NCBI GenBank assembly: GCA_016784025.1
Contig: JADHVL010000002.1
Coordinates: 52,490-116,489, forward strand
DNA: 64,000 nucleotides
DNA from: Fidelibacterota bacterium
GTDB lineage: Bacteria; Fidelibacterota; UBA8477; JABMPR01
Direction of reading: 5' to 3'
Shown in pieces: positions 1 through 8,879 of this stretch. Position 1 is the first letter of the stretch; each line of letters opens with the position of its first letter. Under the pieces are notes generated by a model. That model saw only the letters and a program-made list of their open reading frames with translations, did no database searches and had not been told where the DNA came from. Both the position numbers and the translations under genes were made by a program.

Positions 1-1
1 T

Positions 2-172
2 GCTCATGTTTCGGGGAACATCGACACAGATGAATTGGGTCTCGTAAAGCAAAGTAATCCACAAGCCCGTCTGGGATTCATTGAAGGTGAACCTCAATTA
101 ATGAAGCTCACTTCGTCCCGGGATTTTGACCTCATTAAACTGTTTTTATCAAACGAATCCATCACTGCGTAA
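2..172 (+). CDS. 3' end of a CDS that enters from upstream of the window (C-terminal 56 aa, ...LIKLFLSNESITA*); product unknown
   Basis: Frame-2 reading frame is open from base 2 to a TAA at 170-172; no recognisable motif. It may belong to the same glycan locus as the downstream genes. Confidence 0.3.
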   Translation, partial: AHVSGNIDTDELGLVKQSNPQARLGFIEGEPQLMKLTSSRDFDLIKLFLSNESITA

Positions 173-180
173 GCTGCTGA

Positions 181-1257
181 ATGCACTCTAGCCAACCCCA
201 ACGTCTGGATTTTATATATAGCGCTGAGAAGGAAAAATCTGCGCTGCTGCCTCTCTACACTCACATGAAACAACACAATAGTGATGTCAGGATGGTTAAA
301 ATTCATCGACGAAGTATTTTTAAAAGTTATATCCGAAACCTTGCTCCCGTTGTGGTGGCCAGCTATGACATGACTTTAGATCGCGTAAAAAAGGCGGGGT
401 GGGTTGGCCGAACTGTGTACGTGGATCATGGGTTGAGTCCCGTCAAATACTATGCTTATCGATATGAAACATTTCACGATATAGACTTACTCTTTTACCC
501 CGGACCCGTTTTCAAAAAAATAATGGAAGTTCTCAACCCTGAGTTTAAGCAGGGTTTGCTTGGTGGACTTCCAAAGATGGATGAATTCATGGGTAGCAAA
601 ATCAATAAGGTGGATTACTGTGCAGAGTTGGGTCTAGATCCACAAAAACCAGTCGTATTGTTCGCGCCAACCTGGGGGGGTAAGTATGAATCAACTTGGG
701 GTATCAATAACGCCAGGTTTTTGTCAGGAATTCCAAACCTGGTAATCAGTCCACATCCTGCTGATTTCAAAGCGGCAAAGCGCTTTAATGCCATCCTCCC
801 TAAACAACCAGGTTCAACCAACGACTTGATCAAGATCGCCGATGTCGTCATCAGTGATGTGTCATCAATAGTAGGTGAGGCAGCCCTATTGGGGAAACCA
901 ACAATTCAACTTGAATTGCCAAATTATCCTGGATGCTTCCCAAATCCGGACAAACGCAAAAAGGGGGATTGGCTAGATGCGACGCGACTTTCTTTCTTCG
1001 CTGAGCAGGCGGATCCTATCAAGCGACCTTTTAAGCTGGCATTTTTAGATGAAGATTGGGTTTTGGGTTATACCAGCAAACCTGAGAACTTAATTGACAC
1101 CGTCGAAAGAGCCCTTTCCGAGCCAGAGCGTTTTGCTGAAAAACGAGCCTACTGGAATGAACAGAACTGCTATATGCCAGATGGAAATACCAATGAAAGA
1201 TTGACCAAAATGATATTTCATTATATTGACACTGGTGTTCTAAAACAATTTGGGTGA
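181..1257 (+). CDS. CDP-glycerol/CDP-ribitol poly(alditol-phosphate) phosphotransferase, TagF/TarL-like
   Basis: LFAPTWGGKYE (TagF 'APTWR' motif) and VISDVSSIVGEAALLGKP (TagF 'ITDYSS' motif) match the Glyphos_transf catalytic C-terminal half. The true start may be an internal Met. Confidence 0.65.
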   Translation: MHSSQPQRLDFIYSAEKEKSALLPLYTHMKQHNSDVRMVKIHRRSIFKSYIRNLAPVVVASYDMTLDRVKKAGWVGRTVYVDHGLSPVKYYAYRYETFHDIDLLFYPGPVFKKIMEVLNPEFKQGLLGGLPKMDEFMGSKINKVDYCAELGLDPQKPVVLFAPTWGGKYESTWGINNARFLSGIPNLVISPHPADFKAAKRFNAILPKQPGSTNDLIKIADVVISDVSSIVGEAALLGKPTIQLELPNYPGCFPNPDKRKKGDWLDATRLSFFAEQADPIKRPFKLAFLDEDWVLGYTSKPENLIDTVERALSEPERFAEKRAYWNEQNCYMPDGNTNERLTKMIFHYIDTGVLKQFG

Positions 1258-1329
1258 GCAGGAAACTCAACTATTTTTTTCGGTGCTGACCAACCAATCC
1301 AATTAAAAGAGAGATAACGTGGGTACTAT

Positions 1330-2625
1330 ATGAATGTAGCAATAATTCTGGCCGGTGGAAAAGGTGAGCGTTTTGGTGGTGAAGTCCCCAAGCAATTTGT
1401 CGTTCTTCACGGACACCGAGTAATGGATTATGCCATAAAAGCCTTCGAGCAGCATCCGGAAATTGATAAAATTATTATTGTGGTACCTGCAAATTGGAAG
1501 GCTGAGCTTGCCTTAGAATATCCACAACATCTGGTCGTCCTGGGAGGAGATACTCGACGAGAGTCATCCTATAATGGCTTAATTGCATGCCCTGAAGATA
1601 CAGATAAGGTGCTATTGCATGATGCTGCCAGACCCTTTTTGGACTATGACACTATTCAAAGAGTACTGGATGCATTAAAGAATTACGATGCTGTCGATAC
1701 AGCAATTGCTGCAACAGATACTATCATAGAAGTAAAAGACAATATCATTACTGACATGCCTGTCAGAGATTTTTTATACCAGGGCCAGACCCCCCAGGGG
1801 TTCAACTACAAGGTCATTCGTAAAGCACATGAAAGCATTTTTGTAGAGACCACTGATGACATACGCCTAGCCATTGAAATGGGTATACAATGTGTGTCCG
1901 TAGCTGGTTCTCAATTCAACTTTAAGATTACCTCTTCCAACGATTTATACATGGCTGAACGAGTCACCCAAATTAATGCAGTAAAAACCGCAGAAACCCC
2001 TCAGTTGGATGGCAAAAAAGTTTTAATTTTTGGTGGAACAGGTGGCATTGGTTCAGCACTAAGTGAGATTCTTAAAAGCCAAAATGCCGATGTAACTGCT
2101 TTGGGCTCAGAGGTGGATCTCACCAAAGACACCCTCCCTGAAAGTCTCACCAGAGACTGGGATATCATTATTCACACTGCAGGTATATTCATAAAGAAAC
2201 CGTTTTCTGAATTGAGTGTGGCCGAATGGGACAAAGTGATGGCCGTGAATTTGCGATCAGCGTTTCTAGTAGCTCAGCTTGCTCGAAAAACAATGAAACA
2301 GGGTGGGTGGCTCACTTTTATTGGATCCAGCTCATCCCATAGAGGACGAACCAGCCAGTCTGTTTACGCCGCTTCAAAAGCAGCACTAAACAATCTTACA
2401 CAATCGCTTGCTGCTGAATTTCTAGATGATAATATCAGGGTGAATTGTATAAATCCCCCGCGGACCGATACACCTATGCGGCACCAGGCTTTTCCTGGAG
2501 AAAATCGCGACTTATTAGCTGACCCTGGACAAGTGGCCAAAGATATTTTAAAATATTGCTCTGGTGAGGAAACGGGTCACATCGTAAACCTCAAATACAC
2601 CACGCAATTCCGGGCAAAGAGATGA
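1330..2625 (+). CDS. Bifunctional CDP-ribitol synthase, Bcs1-like: N-terminal IspD/TarI-type cytidylyltransferase fused to a C-terminal SDR reductase
   Basis: N-terminus ILAGGKGERFGGEVPKQF is the IspD/TarI cytidylyltransferase P-loop. C-terminal half has a Rossmann GGTGGIGSA motif and the SDR catalytic S...YAASKAA segment. Its ATGA stop/start overlaps the next gene. Confidence 0.8.
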   Translation: MNVAIILAGGKGERFGGEVPKQFVVLHGHRVMDYAIKAFEQHPEIDKIIIVVPANWKAELALEYPQHLVVLGGDTRRESSYNGLIACPEDTDKVLLHDAARPFLDYDTIQRVLDALKNYDAVDTAIAATDTIIEVKDNIITDMPVRDFLYQGQTPQGFNYKVIRKAHESIFVETTDDIRLAIEMGIQCVSVAGSQFNFKITSSNDLYMAERVTQINAVKTAETPQLDGKKVLIFGGTGGIGSALSEILKSQNADVTALGSEVDLTKDTLPESLTRDWDIIIHTAGIFIKKPFSELSVAEWDKVMAVNLRSAFLVAQLARKTMKQGGWLTFIGSSSSHRGRTSQSVYAASKAALNNLTQSLAAEFLDDNIRVNCINPPRTDTPMRHQAFPGENRDLLADPGQVAKDILKYCSGEETGHIVNLKYTTQFRAKR

Positions 2626-3713
2626 TTCAAACCCTGGGTAAGGTCTTTAAAGCATTGGACCGCGTAGGCCTGGAAAGTTGCATTGGGGATGAATCATTAT
2701 TTGGATTAGCTGAAGGTAATCTAGAAAAATATATATTCGATCCAGTCATTTATCAGTTCCCCACCAGACTCTCAGGAATCCGCTATATCGCTTTGACAGT
2801 CATCCTGTATTTTCAAGGTATCGTTGTAAAGCCTAAGTGGGTGCATGGAAGTTTTAGACTAAAAATAAGAGGGAAAACTGATACTGGCAGGAAGGCTGCT
2901 AATTTCATTTTTTTAATGCGACTAAAAAAAACACCTGATCATCTAGGTATATACGAAAATAACCGATCCTGCGTTTTCCCTGAGTCGGCCATGAGACCGC
3001 GGGAAGATTTCCCTTATAAGGATATAATTATTAAAACGCCCCCTCATCTGCACCAGTTTTCTACCGACTTCAAAAAACAACTTTTTTCAAATACCTATAG
3101 AACACACCCCACTAACTTTGACCAACAGACTGCTGATCAGGCAGAATCCATGCTTTTCCGGATTGCTGACATTCTAAATACCCAGGGAAGTCATTGGTGG
3201 CTTGAAGGGGGTACACTTCTTGGACTATTCCGAGATGGTAAATTATTGGATTGGGATCATGATATCGATCTTGGTCTCAAGTTTGAATCTGACGCGCAAA
3301 TTTCAAAGCTGATCCTTGAACTGAAAAAAACTCCCTACTACATCAAAATCTTAGACTTCCCCCAGAAGGAGGGTCTCTGGAACCTTGGTAACATCCGCCT
3401 GATAAAAATTTATCCACGACGTTTCTATTTTTTTCACACAGATCTCTGTCTTGATCTCTTTGTCTTTTATCGGGAAGCGTTTGAAAACGAAACTGATCCG
3501 GTTTACAAGTATGTTGTGCATCAGAGAAACGGATATCATTCGGCCTCCATTCTCGATGATTTAACAGATTTGTTCCATAAAGGTCATCGTCTTGGTCGGC
3601 CAGAGCAAACGGAAACTTTCTTGGCCAATAAGTATGGTGATAATTGGAGTACCCCTGTAAAAGAGTGGCATGTAGCCATTGATGATAAATCTATCCTCAA
3701 TAACATGGATTAG
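2622..3713 (+). CDS. LicD-family (fukutin/FKRP-fold) phospho-alcohol transferase
   Basis: WWLEGGTLLGLFRDGKLLDWDHDIDLGL matches the LicD nucleotidyltransferase-fold core. The N-terminal ~180 aa are unassigned, with a possible TM at YIALTVILYFQGIVV. Translationally coupled to the CDP-ribitol synthase. Confidence 0.7.
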   Translation: MIQTLGKVFKALDRVGLESCIGDESLFGLAEGNLEKYIFDPVIYQFPTRLSGIRYIALTVILYFQGIVVKPKWVHGSFRLKIRGKTDTGRKAANFIFLMRLKKTPDHLGIYENNRSCVFPESAMRPREDFPYKDIIIKTPPHLHQFSTDFKKQLFSNTYRTHPTNFDQQTADQAESMLFRIADILNTQGSHWWLEGGTLLGLFRDGKLLDWDHDIDLGLKFESDAQISKLILELKKTPYYIKILDFPQKEGLWNLGNIRLIKIYPRRFYFFHTDLCLDLFVFYREAFENETDPVYKYVVHQRNGYHSASILDDLTDLFHKGHRLGRPEQTETFLANKYGDNWSTPVKEWHVAIDDKSILNNMD

Positions 3714-3724
3714 GTCTGAGGCGA

Positions 3725-4357
3725 ATGCATACAATCGATTTATCATACCTACCTCAATTTTTAAAAAATGGGGTGTCTAAAAAAACCATCATTATAGGGA
3801 ACGGCCCCAGTGCAGCTGGGCACGCATTGGGCAAAGAGATTGATGACTTTGAGCAGATCATTCGCATTAATAATTATGTTACCCATAACATGGAAACCCA
3901 TGTTGGATCTCGAACAGATATCTGGGTCAATGGTGCCAATCAGGGTTTAAAGCGTCGTTCTGATATCCCTGAGAATATATTGGTGATGATTCCCCCCGTA
4001 GTTTTAAAGCATAAAGGTGATACCATACATCCTCGCATTACCAAACGACTTGGGACAAAAAATTATGCACTTCTACCAATAGAGATCATGTCTGAAATGG
4101 AATCAAGCTGTGGTCTTGATCGACCGACAACCGGATTCTTTGCCATTTATTTCTTTTACCTCTTGGGTCTTGACCTGACGCTTCACGGTTTCGATTTTTT
4201 TGTCGGTTCAACTGCTCATTATTTTGATAGTCCCCTTAAACGCTGGCTCAAAGAAAAGGGGCTCATTCGCAAAGCAGGAAAACATGATGTGAGTGGAGAA
4301 AAGGAATTTGTTGAGTCTCTTATCGGGCAGGAAAAAATAAAGCTTCTGACCGGTTAA
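3725..4357 (+). CDS. Cst-like (GT42 / DUF115 MAF-type) putative sialyl/nonulosonate transferase, short form
   Basis: IIIGNGPSAAGHALGKEIDDFEQIIRINNY resembles the Campylobacter Cst-II N-terminal 'IAGNGPSLKEID...FDVFRCNQ' CMP-sugar binding region. At 210 aa it is shorter than Cst-II. Confidence 0.45.
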   Translation: MHTIDLSYLPQFLKNGVSKKTIIIGNGPSAAGHALGKEIDDFEQIIRINNYVTHNMETHVGSRTDIWVNGANQGLKRRSDIPENILVMIPPVVLKHKGDTIHPRITKRLGTKNYALLPIEIMSEMESSCGLDRPTTGFFAIYFFYLLGLDLTLHGFDFFVGSTAHYFDSPLKRWLKEKGLIRKAGKHDVSGEKEFVESLIGQEKIKLLTG

Positions 4358-5256
4358 TGTCCGCGTTTCAAGGTCAGCAGTACCAGTCCTGAAATCGTAA
4401 TTACACCTCCTACAATCACATTCAAGGATACGATCTCACCAAAAAACAACCAGGCTAGAATCGATGCTAAAATTGGTTCTCCGAAAGGCATGGCTCCAAC
4501 AATTGTGGGCCGTATATACCTGACTGCATAGTTCATACTGTTATGCCCTATCAGGGTAGGCAAAATGACCAGGCCCAACAACCATTTGACATCGCTGGAT
4601 GAAAATTTCATATCGATACCTAGTCCCAGGATTACTCCTATCAGAGTCAAGGCAGCAAACAAGTAAAGCCAACGGGTATACATAATATTGGTAATATCCC
4701 TGCGTACTCGTTGACCTATAAGAAGCACAACTGACATGAAGGCTGAGCTGGCCAAAGCATAGAGATTTCCTGTGGTTGCCTCAGTTCCCCAATCAAACCC
4801 AGAACCTTGAACAATGAAGGCCCCAATAATTGCGATCCACAACCCCAGCAAGGCAGCTAAAGGCAACTTGTGCTTAAGAACGAACCGTTCATAAATAAGC
4901 GTAAAGATGGGAGCCATGGTCGCGAAGAGGGTGGCGTTTGCGATTGAAGTAAGTTTTATGGCTGAATAAAAAAATGCGAAATGTAATGCCAGGAATATGC
5001 CTGCAATGATAATTGCAGGGAATTTAGCAGTCTCTAGAGGTTTCTGGGGCTGGATGATACCGTGGGTCCATAGCATCGTGGAAGCACCGGCCATTCGCCA
5101 AAATGCGATTGTGAGTGCCGCCATTTCCGGGAGAAAACGAGCAAGCGGACCACCAAAGCTGACACCCAAAAGTCCAAATGCGAGGATGAAATAAACTTTA
5201 TTATTCATAGGCTTGAACATAAACCAGGTGAAGGATTCGGACACGTGCTGATTCAT
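4354..5256 (-). CDS. EamA/DMT-superfamily transporter (about 10 TM)
   Basis: Highly hydrophobic 300-aa protein with two repeated 5-TM halves, typical of the EamA duplication. It sits on the opposite strand inside the glycan locus. Confidence 0.65.
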   Translation of the reverse strand: MNQHVSESFTWFMFKPMNNKVYFILAFGLLGVSFGGPLARFLPEMAALTIAFWRMAGASTMLWTHGIIQPQKPLETAKFPAIIIAGIFLALHFAFFYSAIKLTSIANATLFATMAPIFTLIYERFVLKHKLPLAALLGLWIAIIGAFIVQGSGFDWGTEATTGNLYALASSAFMSVVLLIGQRVRRDITNIMYTRWLYLFAALTLIGVILGLGIDMKFSSSDVKWLLGLVILPTLIGHNSMNYAVRYIRPTIVGAMPFGEPILASILAWLFFGEIVSLNVIVGGVITISGLVLLTLKRGH

Positions 5257-5338
5257 GCCATCCCCACCATATCAGACTCAAGGGGTAAGTCGTTAAAATT
5301 GTGGGCTGTGATGGGCATCTCTCCATATATATTGCAGG

Positions 5339-6016
5339 ATGTCAATTTTTTGCATAATTCCAGCTCGTGGTGGCTCCAAGGGTGTTCCACATAAAAATAT
5401 TGCACCGTTCCTGGAGCAACCCTTGATAAGTCACTCTATCAAGTACGCCTTGGAATCCAGCTTGGTTGACAGGGTATTTGTGTCTACCGATGATGAACAG
5501 ATTACAGAAATATCCAGAAGTGATGGAGCTGAAGTCATCCCGAGACCCGCAGAACTTGCTGGTGATTCGGCGACTACCGAATCCGCTATTTCACATGCAA
5601 TCGAGTGGTGGCAAGAACAGAATTTGAATCCAACAATCATTGTTTTGCTCCAGGCTACCAGTCCGCTTAGGCCCAATGGCTCTTTGGACAATGCTCTAGA
5701 GAAGTTTCAAGCAGAAGGTTTCGATTCTTTACTCAGCATCTCTCCCACCCACAGATTTTTCTGGAGGGTTGACGAAAAAGAAGCACATGCCGAGTATGAT
5801 TTTATGAATCGACCAAGACGTCAAGATATGACAGAGGCTGATATCAGATATGTTGAAAATGGTTCCGTTTACATTTTTACATCAGACCATTTCAAGCGCA
5901 CTGGAAATAGACTTGGAGGGAGAATCGGATATACCATTTTTCCAGAAGAGTACAGTCCTGAAATAGATACACCGAGCGATTTTTTATTGCTGGAAAAAAT
6001 TGCTGAAAATTTATAA
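5339..6016 (+). CDS. neuA: CMP-nonulosonic acid synthetase (acylneuraminate cytidylyltransferase, NeuA/KdsB family)
   Basis: N-terminal IIPARGGSKGVPHKNI is the NeuA-family signature; length 225 aa. Confidence 0.8.
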   Translation: MSIFCIIPARGGSKGVPHKNIAPFLEQPLISHSIKYALESSLVDRVFVSTDDEQITEISRSDGAEVIPRPAELAGDSATTESAISHAIEWWQEQNLNPTIIVLLQATSPLRPNGSLDNALEKFQAEGFDSLLSISPTHRFFWRVDEKEAHAEYDFMNRPRRQDMTEADIRYVENGSVYIFTSDHFKRTGNRLGGRIGYTIFPEEYSPEIDTPSDFLLLEKIAENL

Positions 6017-6039
6017 AGATAGATCGTTTTACTAAAATA

Positions 6040-7101
6040 TTGGAGGTTGCTTTGCCAACTTTACAACTAGGCTCACATTGGGTAGGTAATAGTGAGCCAA
6101 CCTATATCATCGCTGAAATTGGTATCAATCACCAGGGTGAGGTGGAAATTGCAAAAAGGCTGATTCAAGAAGCGGCTGATGCAGGAGCCAATGCGGTTAA
6201 ATTTCAAAAGCGCAGTATAAAGCGCATCCTGACCCACGAAGGTCTGGAGATGCCCTATGACAATCGTAATTCATTTGGTAAAACCTATGGTGAGCATAAA
6301 AAAGCTCTGGAGCTTTCTGAGGATGACTATCAGGAACTCTTGAGTTTCGCCGCTGAACATAAAGTTGACTTTATCGCTTCTGGATGGGATGAAGAAAGTA
6401 TCGATTTTCTAGATACTTTAGGTGTCCCTTTTTTCAAAATGGCTTCAGCAGATTTGACCAACATACCATTGCTCATACATACGGCAAAAAAGAACAAGCC
6501 CATGATTCTATCAACCGGCATGGCTAACATGGAAATGGTAGAAACGGCTGTGAACGCCGTCAAGCCATTCGATGTGCCTCTATGCGTTCTACAGTGTACA
6601 TCGACATATCCATCAGTATTTGAAGAGGTTAATCTTGGTGTGATTCATACCTTCAAACAAAGATTTCCTGATGCAGTGATTGGCTATTCAGGGCACGAAT
6701 TAGGTATCGCTATCACTGAAGCGGCTGTAGCTCTTGGTGCTAAAATTGTTGAACGTCACTTTACCCTTGATCGTACCATGAAAGGTGGTGATCATGCCGC
6801 CTCCCTTGAACCAGGTGGCTTTTCAAAACTGGTTCGGGATATCCGCCATATTGAAGCGGCCATGGGTGGTTCATCCAAGCATGTACAGGAATCAGAAGCT
6901 CCCATTTTCAAAAAATTAGCTAAAAGTGTTGTCTCACAGGTAGTGATTCCTTCAGGGACTGTTCTTACAAGAGACATGCTAACAACTAAGGGTCCAGGAA
7001 CCGGTATTTCACCTGCTCGGATGGATGAGCTATTAGGAAAAATGGTTATCAAGGACATCGCCGCAGACGTTGTACTCAAGGATGAAGACATCAACTGGTA
7101 A
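6040..7101 (+). CDS. neuB: Nonulosonic acid (Neu5Ac/KDN 9-phosphate) synthase, NeuB family with C-terminal SAF domain
   Basis: YIIAEIGINHQGEVEIAKRLIQEAADAGANAVKFQ is the NeuB PEP-condensing core, followed by an SAF-like C-terminus. The start is probably TTG at 6040 or 6050, as there is no ATG. Confidence 0.85.
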   Translation: MEVALPTLQLGSHWVGNSEPTYIIAEIGINHQGEVEIAKRLIQEAADAGANAVKFQKRSIKRILTHEGLEMPYDNRNSFGKTYGEHKKALELSEDDYQELLSFAAEHKVDFIASGWDEESIDFLDTLGVPFFKMASADLTNIPLLIHTAKKNKPMILSTGMANMEMVETAVNAVKPFDVPLCVLQCTSTYPSVFEEVNLGVIHTFKQRFPDAVIGYSGHELGIAITEAAVALGAKIVERHFTLDRTMKGGDHAASLEPGGFSKLVRDIRHIEAAMGGSSKHVQESEAPIFKKLAKSVVSQVVIPSGTVLTRDMLTTKGPGTGISPARMDELLGKMVIKDIAADVVLKDEDINW

Positions 7102-7113
7102 TCAGGAGTTCTA

Positions 7114-7611
7114 ATGATATCTGAACAACTTCAGGCCAAAGCTCAAAAGATCAAATTGGTAGTAACTGATATAGATGGTGTCTGGACAGATGCAAAAATC
7201 TATTACACAGGAGAAGGGGAGTTACTAAAGGCATTTAGCTATTATGATGGTATGGGAACCGCCCTTCTTACTAAGGCCAATATCAGAACAGCCATCATTA
7301 CTGGCGAAAATTCAGAGCCTGTTGCCCGAAGAGCTGAGAAACTCAAAATTGAGGATGTTTTTCTTGGAGTTCATGATAAGCTTGAAGCCTTTGAGTCTCT
7401 TCTGGAAAAATACCAGCTCCACCCATCGGAAGTAGCCTATATCGGTGATGATCTAAATGACTATAATGTTATGCAGGTAGCCGGTCTCACTGCAGCACCT
7501 TCCAGCACGCCAGCCTTCCACATTCTCAAACCAGACATTTTGTTAAGCCGCGCTGGTGGTGATGGTGCCTTTAGAGAGTTTGCTGATCTCATCATAGCAT
7601 CTCAGCGATGA
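7114..7611 (+). CDS. KdsC-family HAD phosphatase (Kdo-8-P / Neu5Ac-9-P / KDN-9-P phosphatase type)
   Basis: VVTDIDGVWTD (HAD motif I, DxDG) and IGDDLNDYNVM (motif IV); 165 aa is typical of KdsC-type C0 HAD phosphatases. Confidence 0.75.
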   Translation: MISEQLQAKAQKIKLVVTDIDGVWTDAKIYYTGEGELLKAFSYYDGMGTALLTKANIRTAIITGENSEPVARRAEKLKIEDVFLGVHDKLEAFESLLEKYQLHPSEVAYIGDDLNDYNVMQVAGLTAAPSSTPAFHILKPDILLSRAGGDGAFREFADLIIASQR

Positions 7612-8879
7612 AAACGCTTTTCTATTCTCTCTATAATCTTCTTCTTTATTTAGTTTTACCCATACTATGGGTAAGCGCCTACTTTAATGATAAGCTTGCC
7701 GGGAGTTTATCAGGACAGAAAGATATAACTTCGAGAGTTTTACGTTTCAAAGATAAAGTTAAGTCTGATCCCAAACCAATTATCTGGACTCACTCAGCCT
7801 CAGCAGGTGAGTTCGAGCAGATGCGTCCTGTATTAAGCAGACTCTCTGAACTGGATGTTTACATCTACCAGACATTCACCTCTGCCACCATTTTCTACAA
7901 AGCATCACACAATAAAACCTTCCATGGTGTGAGCTTTCTTCCATGGGACCTATATACACGAGTGAATCATTTCGTTACACTTCTAGAACCTGATTTGTTT
8001 ATCAACACAAGGCACGATATCTGGCCCAATCTCCACTTCTCACTTCGTAATAACCAGATTAGAAATATTCTCATCAATGCCAACCTTTATCAGAATTCGA
8101 AACGGCTACTTCCTGGCCTGCGTGGGATCAATGCATTGGTTTTTAATCAAATAGATCACATATATACTGGATCTACTACTCTCAAATCATTGTTAGAGCA
8201 AATATATGCTGGACAAATAGATGTCGTGGGTGACTCACGGTTCGATCAAGTTCACGAACGCTCGATAAAAAACAAGGAAGTGTTGATAACTAATGATTTA
8301 ATAGCTGACCGACGGGTCGTTATATATGGATCTGTGGGTGATAGCGATTTAAAGATTATTACTGATGCCATTGCTCAAGTCCCAGGTGACAAGGCTTTTA
8401 TGCATATTATTGTTCCCCACGAAATTGCTGAACGAGATCTCATTCCTTGGGAGGCTGAGCTTTTCCGACAAAAGATTAAATCAATACGAAAAAGTGAACT
8501 TGCGCAGTTCAAAAATGAATCTGTGATCATCTGGGACAGTGTGGGTCAATTGGCAGACCTGTATAAATACGCCGATCTGGCATTTATTGGAGCTGGTTTT
8601 GGCGCAGGCGTACACTCTGTAACTGAAGCTGCCATATATAAAGTACCTAGTGCCCATGGCCCCAATTATGATATTCTAGCCGAAGCCATTGATCTAGTTG
8701 AGAAAGGACTATCAGCAGTAGTAAATGATGTTGTTGATCTCACAACCTTCTTGTCAATGCCTGAGGAAATCATTTCTGAAATTTCGGTGCAAATTGAGGT
8801 ATACGTTAACGAGGGACTTGGTGCTACTGATAGAATAATAAAGAGCGAACCTCTACTTCGTTCTCTTGCTCCACAATAA
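7608..8879 (+). CDS. GT30 glycosyltransferase, Kdo-transferase (WaaA/KdtA) homolog
   Basis: N-terminal TM followed by IWTHSASAGEFEQMRPVL, cf. the WaaA 'WxHxxSVGE' N-domain motif. Length 423 aa matches WaaA. Start overlaps the stop of the phosphatase. Confidence 0.6.
   Translation: MKTLFYSLYNLLLYLVLPILWVSAYFNDKLAGSLSGQKDITSRVLRFKDKVKSDPKPIIWTHSASAGEFEQMRPVLSRLSELDVYIYQTFTSATIFYKASHNKTFHGVSFLPWDLYTRVNHFVTLLEPDLFINTRHDIWPNLHFSLRNNQIRNILINANLYQNSKRLLPGLRGINALVFNQIDHIYTGSTTLKSLLEQIYAGQIDVVGDSRFDQVHERSIKNKEVLITNDLIADRRVVIYGSVGDSDLKIITDAIAQVPGDKAFMHIIVPHEIAERDLIPWEAELFRQKIKSIRKSELAQFKNESVIIWDSVGQLADLYKYADLAFIGAGFGAGVHSVTEAAIYKVPSAHGPNYDILAEAIDLVEKGLSAVVNDVVDLTTFLSMPEEIISEISVQIEVYVNEGLGATDRIIKSEPLLRSLAPQ

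Noticed and set aside
94-306. 70-aa minus-strand ORF at the window start, and many other 60-130 aa ORFs antisense to or out of frame within long genes (e.g. 615..851, 10447..10731, 29226..29534, 52649..52978)
   Set aside because: Each is fully embedded in a well-supported longer CDS on the other strand or frame, with low-complexity or odd composition. Typical spurious six-frame ORFs.
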